From Bdellovibrionales bacterium (lineage in GTDB: Bacteria; Bdellovibrionota; Bdellovibrionia; Bdellovibrionales; UBA1609), in the NCBI GenBank assembly GCA_965200875.1, contig OZ241456.1, forward strand, positions 992,001 through 1,056,000: a stretch of 64,000 bases of DNA, in the 5' to 3' direction. The notes below the pieces were generated by a model that saw nothing but the letters and a program-made list of their open reading frames with translations, was not told where the DNA came from and made no database searches. Shown in pieces: positions 59,115-64,000 of the stretch (the stretch's first letter is position 1; every line of letters starts with the position of its first letter). The position numbers and the translations under genes are program-made.

Positions 59115-62100
59115 ATGCGTTTTCAAAATTTTGAAAGTTATCATTTTCTACTGGCTTTTCTGCTGTTTTTTTTTCAATCAATGTCTTACGCAATGTCTTG
59201 TGAGGAGGCGTTTTCTGATTCTGGAGAGATGTTTTCCAATCCAAGCTCCTTTGCAGAGGCCATGACTAGGGGGCTGGTTCTCAGAGAAGGACAAGATGAT
59301 CTCTTTAAGTTTTATCTTAAAAACTGGACTCCTTATCCTGAAAATGGCAGAATCGTAGGTCTGCAATCTGTGTTTGAGATTTTGACGGACTATCCGTCTC
59401 TTTCCAAAATTCCTTTAAGAGACTATATTTTTGAGTTTGCCACAGTAAGAAAAGAAAGACCCCAAAGCCTTATAAATTTTATTACATCTTTCAAGAGCAA
59501 AAGCAATCGGATACAGAACAATTTATTTCATATAGAGGAGAACCTGGGTTTTTGGATCAAAATGTTCCGTGGGAAGGAAGACCATAAAGCAGAAAAGAAA
59601 GCTCTAAGAGAAAAAAGAAAACAGGAAAGGCAAGATTTTATAGCTTGGCTCGATACCACATCCTTAAATAAAGAACTGAGGGATTTTATAAAAGACCCCC
59701 AACAGCCTTACAGAGAACGAGTTATTGCTCTGTACAAAGCTTTAGCGAAGCTCCGATCTGATTTTTTGAATGCAGAACAAAAAGCCAATGAAACTTCACC
59801 AGAGGGGTCTTATGAAAAAACCATACAAAGAATTTCTCAAGCAATGGTGGATTTAATTTATACATCAGGTTTTGGCAATAAAGTGTGGATGGAAGCACTT
59901 AAGGATGCCAATCCACAAGAAAACTTGAATGCTTTACGAAATATTTTAATTGAAAGAGACAATATTGCTTTTGAGTTGGGTTTTATGGGTCATTTTGCAG
60001 AGCTTGTAGAAAGCTTAAAGGCCAAAGTTCCAAATGATGTAGAGCTGTTATCGAAAATCACGGAGGATGTTCGCAGTCAACCTCATACTATTGAGGGGAC
60101 AGAAGTTTTAAGGCTAAGGAGGCTTTCTCTTCAGGAATCGCCTTTCAGGTCCTGTATGGGAGGAGATTGTGCCACTGATACATATTTTGAAAGAGCTTTG
60201 GACCCTAATTTTCTTTACTTTACTTTGACAGATAGTCGAAATAGGTCTTCAGGTCATATTACTGTGGTCTTGGGAGAGTCTTTTAACCATGAAAGTCAAA
60301 GAGTCAAAACAGCTTTTGTGGATAAGATTCAGAATATGGATATTCAAAGACTTAAAGCTTTATTGGAGGGGGTACGATTAAGTATGCAGGAACAGGGTTA
60401 TGTGTTGGCTCTGCCAAAGGTGATAGGAGGTGAAAATGGTTTGTCGAATGAGTATTTGATAAATAATTATGTGGAATCGAGTGTTCTTCCTGAGTTGCAA
60501 AGAAGTCTTATAGGTTTTAATCCTCATGATCATGGTTTGTCTTTCGAATCTGCTGGTTATTCCAGAGCATACAGTAATTTGGAGCTTTTGGAGTTTGAAG
60601 GGGCAACCAGATTGGAATTAGTGAAGATACGACCTGGGGATTTTCCCACGCAAAGGTTTGCCAGTTCGGGTTTAAATGTTCGATCTTTATATCAACGGAT
60701 ATCGTCTTTTAAGGAATCCAACAAAGATGCGAAGCAATTGGAATTTTTAAGTAATTTTTTAATTTTAAGTGATGTTTTTAGTTTTTCCACTTCATTTTCT
60801 AGGGAACATTTATATTTTGTAATGAGGAGTAAGCACTTTTCTTTTCAAGTGAGAAAGCGAGCTTTTTACACTTTGATAGAGCTAGAGCCGAGGTTACAGG
60901 AAGAGGAGAAGGGTCAGACTGTTTTGAAAAGATGGAATTTTTCTTTTTTTAAAAGGGTTATTTCGAATGAGGAAGGTTTATTTTTTTCAGAAAGCGAAAG
61001 GCAAGCTTTATTGGGAGAGATGAGTAATTGGAAGAACACCACAGACTACAGAAAAGAATTTATAAGGAGATTCAGTGATTCTGAACTTGTTGATAGTGTT
61101 TATGAGCTTTCTCAGGCTTTGGATGGTTCTTTTTGGGGTAGGGTTTTGGATAAAAATTATATGTTACAGCAGAGTTTGCAAAATTCAATAACACTCCAGA
61201 AACCTGAAAATAAATTGTATGTTGAGATTTTGGAACAAAACGATGGATTCAACAAAGAAATATATAGGGATATAATGTTGTTGCTCTTGGAAAAGGGAGC
61301 AGATCCGAATGTTCGTGATGCTGATGGGGAGACAGCTTTGATGTTGGCTATACGAGCTGGCAGTACAGAATTGGTGCGACTATTACTGGATAATGGAGCG
61401 GATCTAAACACTCGTGATAATCACCGTGGGAATACAGCTTTGATATTGGCTGTACGAGCTGGCAGTACAGAAGTAATGCGACTATTATTGGAAAAGGGAG
61501 TGGATCCGAATATTCGTAATAATCGCGAGGAGACAGCTTTGATGGGGGCTGTAGAAGAGAGAAGTACAGAAGTAACGCGACTATTACTGGACAATGGAGC
61601 GGATCCGAATTTGCGTAATAATACCGGGGAGACAGCTTTGATATTGGCTGTACGAGCTGGCAGTACAGAAGTAACGCGACTATTACTGGACAATGGAGCG
61701 GATCCGAATATTCGTGATGCTGATGGGAATACAGCTTTGATAGTAGTTGTACGAAAGAAAAATACAGAAATAATGCAACTATTACTGGATAATGGAGCAG
61801 ATCCGAATGTCCATAATAATGGCGGGAAGACAGCTTTAATGGTGGCTGTACAAGCGAAAAGTACAAAAAAAATACAACTATTGTTGGATAAAGGTGCAGA
61901 TCCAAATATTCGTGATGCTGATGGGGAGACAGCTTTGATGGGGGCTATACGAGCTGGCAGTACAGAATTGGTGCGACTATTACTGGATAATGGAGCAGAT
62001 CCGAATGTTCGTAATAATCACGGAGAGGTAGCTTTGATGGTGGCTGTAGAAGTGAGAAGTACAAAAAAAACGCAACTATTGTTGGATAAAGGTGCAGATC

Positions 62101-62342
62101 CAAATATTCGTGATGTTAATGGGTCTACAGTTTTGATGAAAGCTATAAGAAGAAACTATATTGCTATAGAATTAGTGCGACTATTACTGGAAAATGGAAT
62201 GGCAGATCCGAATGTTCGTAATAATCGTGGAGAGACAGCTTTGATGTTGGCTGTACAAGCGAGAAGTACAAAAAAAATGCAACTATTGTTGGATAAAGGT
62301 GCAAATCCGAATGCCCGTGATATAATATCGGAGTTACGGTAG
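59115..62342 (+). CDS. Secreted protein with ~700-aa unknown domain and ~10 C-terminal ankyrin repeats
   Basis: Signal peptide; repeats of G-x-TALM..A...LLLDNGADPN with ~33-aa period (~61280-62320). Confidence 0.92.
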   Translation: MRFQNFESYHFLLAFLLFFFQSMSYAMSCEEAFSDSGEMFSNPSSFAEAMTRGLVLREGQDDLFKFYLKNWTPYPENGRIVGLQSVFEILTDYPSLSKIPLRDYIFEFATVRKERPQSLINFITSFKSKSNRIQNNLFHIEENLGFWIKMFRGKEDHKAEKKALREKRKQERQDFIAWLDTTSLNKELRDFIKDPQQPYRERVIALYKALAKLRSDFLNAEQKANETSPEGSYEKTIQRISQAMVDLIYTSGFGNKVWMEALKDANPQENLNALRNILIERDNIAFELGFMGHFAELVESLKAKVPNDVELLSKITEDVRSQPHTIEGTEVLRLRRLSLQESPFRSCMGGDCATDTYFERALDPNFLYFTLTDSRNRSSGHITVVLGESFNHESQRVKTAFVDKIQNMDIQRLKALLEGVRLSMQEQGYVLALPKVIGGENGLSNEYLINNYVESSVLPELQRSLIGFNPHDHGLSFESAGYSRAYSNLELLEFEGATRLELVKIRPGDFPTQRFASSGLNVRSLYQRISSFKESNKDAKQLEFLSNFLILSDVFSFSTSFSREHLYFVMRSKHFSFQVRKRAFYTLIELEPRLQEEEKGQTVLKRWNFSFFKRVISNEEGLFFSESERQALLGEMSNWKNTTDYRKEFIRRFSDSELVDSVYELSQALDGSFWGRVLDKNYMLQQSLQNSITLQKPENKLYVEILEQNDGFNKEIYRDIMLLLLEKGADPNVRDADGETALMLAIRAGSTELVRLLLDNGADLNTRDNHRGNTALILAVRAGSTEVMRLLLEKGVDPNIRNNREETALMGAVEERSTEVTRLLLDNGADPNLRNNTGETALILAVRAGSTEVTRLLLDNGADPNIRDADGNTALIVVVRKKNTEIMQLLLDNGADPNVHNNGGKTALMVAVQAKSTKKIQLLLDKGADPNIRDADGETALMGAIRAGSTELVRLLLDNGADPNVRNNHGEVALMVAVEVRSTKKTQLLLDKGADPNIRDVNGSTVLMKAIRRNYIAIELVRLLLENGMADPNVRNNRGETALMLAVQARSTKKMQLLLDKGANPNARDIISELR

Positions 62343-62360
62343 TAGGTTATTTTCCAGGAA

Positions 62361-63503
62361 TTAGGAAAGATAAGATTTTGAAAGCTGTTTTAAGAGGCTG
62401 GATAAATTTTCTAGCTGTTTATAAGTATGATTATAATGAATACAGACTCTAAGTCTTGCTTTTCCTAGCGGCACAGTGGGATAGCGGATAGCTCTTATGT
62501 CGTAACCTTTTTTTTGCAAAGCTTTTTCCATTTGCAAGGCACTGGTTGAACTGCCAGTGATAAAAGGCACAATAGCACTTTCAGATTCTTTTATATCCGT
62601 GAAACCTTTTAATTTTTTTCTAAAAAAAATAGCTTTTTTTTTCAATGATTTTAAGCGGTTAGGCTCTTTTTTTAAAGTATTTAATACACATTGTATATGG
62701 AAAAGCAAAACAGGGGATGGAGCGGTTGTGTAGATAAAAGGGCGACATTTGTTGATAAAATATTTTTTTAAAACTTTCGGGCCAGCTATAAAAGCACCAC
62801 TACTGGTGAGAGCTTTGCCACAAGGGTGAACACTGATAATATGTTCCCTTTGTTTTAAAGAGTTACAAAGGCCAGTTCCTTTTGGTCCATAAATACCTGT
62901 GGTGTGAGCTTCATCCAAAATAAGCAGAGCCTGATATTTTAAGGCTAAATCAGATATTTCCTCCAAAGGAACAAAGTCTCCGTCCATACTGAAAAGACTT
63001 TCTGTAATAATCATTTTTCTTTTGTGTTTGTGTTTTTTTAACATTTTTTCCAGTTCATTTGTGTTTTTATGAGGGTAAATGTGACAAATATTTCCACTGA
63101 ACCGGCAGGCGTCGATCAAACTGGCGTGATTAAGTTGATCGGAAAATAAAATGGAATCTTTGCAGACAGTATTAATAAGGCTGATATTGGCCATATAACC
63201 TGAACTGAAAAACAAAGCTGAAGGACGATTGATCCACTTTTGAAACAATTTTTCTGTTTTTTCATGCCAGATGGTGTTTCCTCTGAGCAATCTTGAAGCT
63301 CCAGAACTTAAGGGTAGATTTTTTTTCAGAGCTTGAATAAGTGATTTTCGTATGCCGGGGTGATTAGATAAAGAAAGATAATCGTTAGAACTGAAGTCCA
63401 TTCCAGAATTAAGCTTTAATTTTCTCGTTAAATTCTGTTTTTCCAACTCTTTTAATTCTGTGTTCCACTTTGAAAAGAAATAATTTTGCATATTTGTTTT
63501 CAT
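62361..63503 (-). CDS. bioF: 8-amino-7-oxononanoate synthase
   Basis: DFSSNDYLSL, SGASRLL, SGYMAN, DQLNHASLID, ESLFSMDGD, DEAH, IRYPTVP. Confidence 0.93.
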   Translation of the reverse strand: MKTNMQNYFFSKWNTELKELEKQNLTRKLKLNSGMDFSSNDYLSLSNHPGIRKSLIQALKKNLPLSSGASRLLRGNTIWHEKTEKLFQKWINRPSALFFSSGYMANISLINTVCKDSILFSDQLNHASLIDACRFSGNICHIYPHKNTNELEKMLKKHKHKRKMIITESLFSMDGDFVPLEEISDLALKYQALLILDEAHTTGIYGPKGTGLCNSLKQREHIISVHPCGKALTSSGAFIAGPKVLKKYFINKCRPFIYTTAPSPVLLFHIQCVLNTLKKEPNRLKSLKKKAIFFRKKLKGFTDIKESESAIVPFITGSSTSALQMEKALQKKGYDIRAIRYPTVPLGKARLRVCIHYNHTYKQLENLSSLLKQLSKSYLS

Positions 63504-63507
63504 AAAT

Positions 63508-63653
63508 AGTCCTCTGTGAAAAACCTCTGTTTAAGTGAGTGATTTATCTATTTATGTGAAAGTTCCCTCTTGGAAACTGAAAGCCAAGTTGTTGGCTTAC
63601 GGTCCCTTGAAAACGGGAATCAAGGAAAATAACATACTTTTTCACAGCCGACA
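63508..63653. repeat. Second copy of the MITE/REP-like element
   Basis: GTC...CTGTGAAAAA / TTTTTCACAG...GAC inverted ends; internal blocks shared with 35875-36017. Confidence 0.65.
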
Positions 63654-63662
63654 ATTAATCAA

Positions 63663-63953
63663 TTATATCTGAATGTTATCGCAATACTTTAATTTTTCTG
63701 GTTCATCGTCTACACATTGCGATTTATGTATGTCTTCACTTTTACAGTTTTCTTTTATGGTATCTTTGGTATATTCTATGTCTGTGCCTTTTATTCTACA
63801 ATAAATCGTACATCCGTCTGTCCATGCGGAACAATGTCCTGGGATAATTTCCTCACCCCAACCAGTCTTCACAGTAATGGCACTATTCAAACCGCATCCT
63901 ATAAAGAAGGTGAAAATGAATAAAAACACCAGAATGGTGGTAACTTTTTGCAC
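63663..63953 (-). CDS. Small Cys-rich putative lipoprotein
   Basis: FFIGC lipobox; CSAWTDGCTIYC motif. Confidence 0.6.
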   Translation of the reverse strand: MQKVTTILVFLFIFTFFIGCGLNSAITVKTGWGEEIIPGHCSAWTDGCTIYCRIKGTDIEYTKDTIKENCKSEDIHKSQCVDDEPEKLKYCDNIQI

Positions 63954-64000
63954 AATAAAAAAACTTTATGGATTTTTTACATAATTGTCAAGTTTGTGGT

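Noticed and set aside
61157..61905. Minus-strand repetitive ORFs
   Set aside because: Antisense shadows of the ankyrin repeats.

Overview
AT-rich bacterial chromosomal window. The gene content (spoVG-tRNA-Gln, Bat operon, Gld-like ABC system, many secreted hypotheticals, ankyrin and LRR proteins) is compatible with a Bdellovibrionota/delta-like, possibly host-associated organism; this is inference only. It opens with the rpoC 3' end, serA, an acyltransferase, nhaA and tRNA-Arg(TCT). A ~20 kb accessory/defence region follows, containing a complete type I-F CRISPR-Cas system (cas1, cas2-3, csy1-3, cas6f, 39 identical repeats/38 spacers). This system lies between two ~1.13 kb near-identical direct repeats, each carrying an Rpn/YhgA-family PD-(D/E)XK gene with an internal RBS+ATG. 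The left repeat is preceded by a frameshifted copy of the cas1 5' end, so it looks like a collapsed duplicate of the whole cas locus. Directly upstream of cas1 is an uncharacterised three-gene operon (TIGR04255-like protein, 'NWDGYG' protein, small possibly ADP-ribosyltransferase-like protein), the best candidate for an undescribed defence or toxin module. A Fic gene follows the array. The remainder is mostly housekeeping: bioD, MoxR/DUF58/BatABCD, MltD-LysM, GldAFG-like ABC, a solitary HTH-fused DNA methyltransferase, an LRR lipoprotein, PSRP, nusB, a third Rpn, an M50 peptidase, hisC, tRNA-Gln, spoVG, astB, an ankyrin protein and bioF, plus a degenerate MITE-like repeat family. All calls come from reading motifs by eye; no database searches were run.
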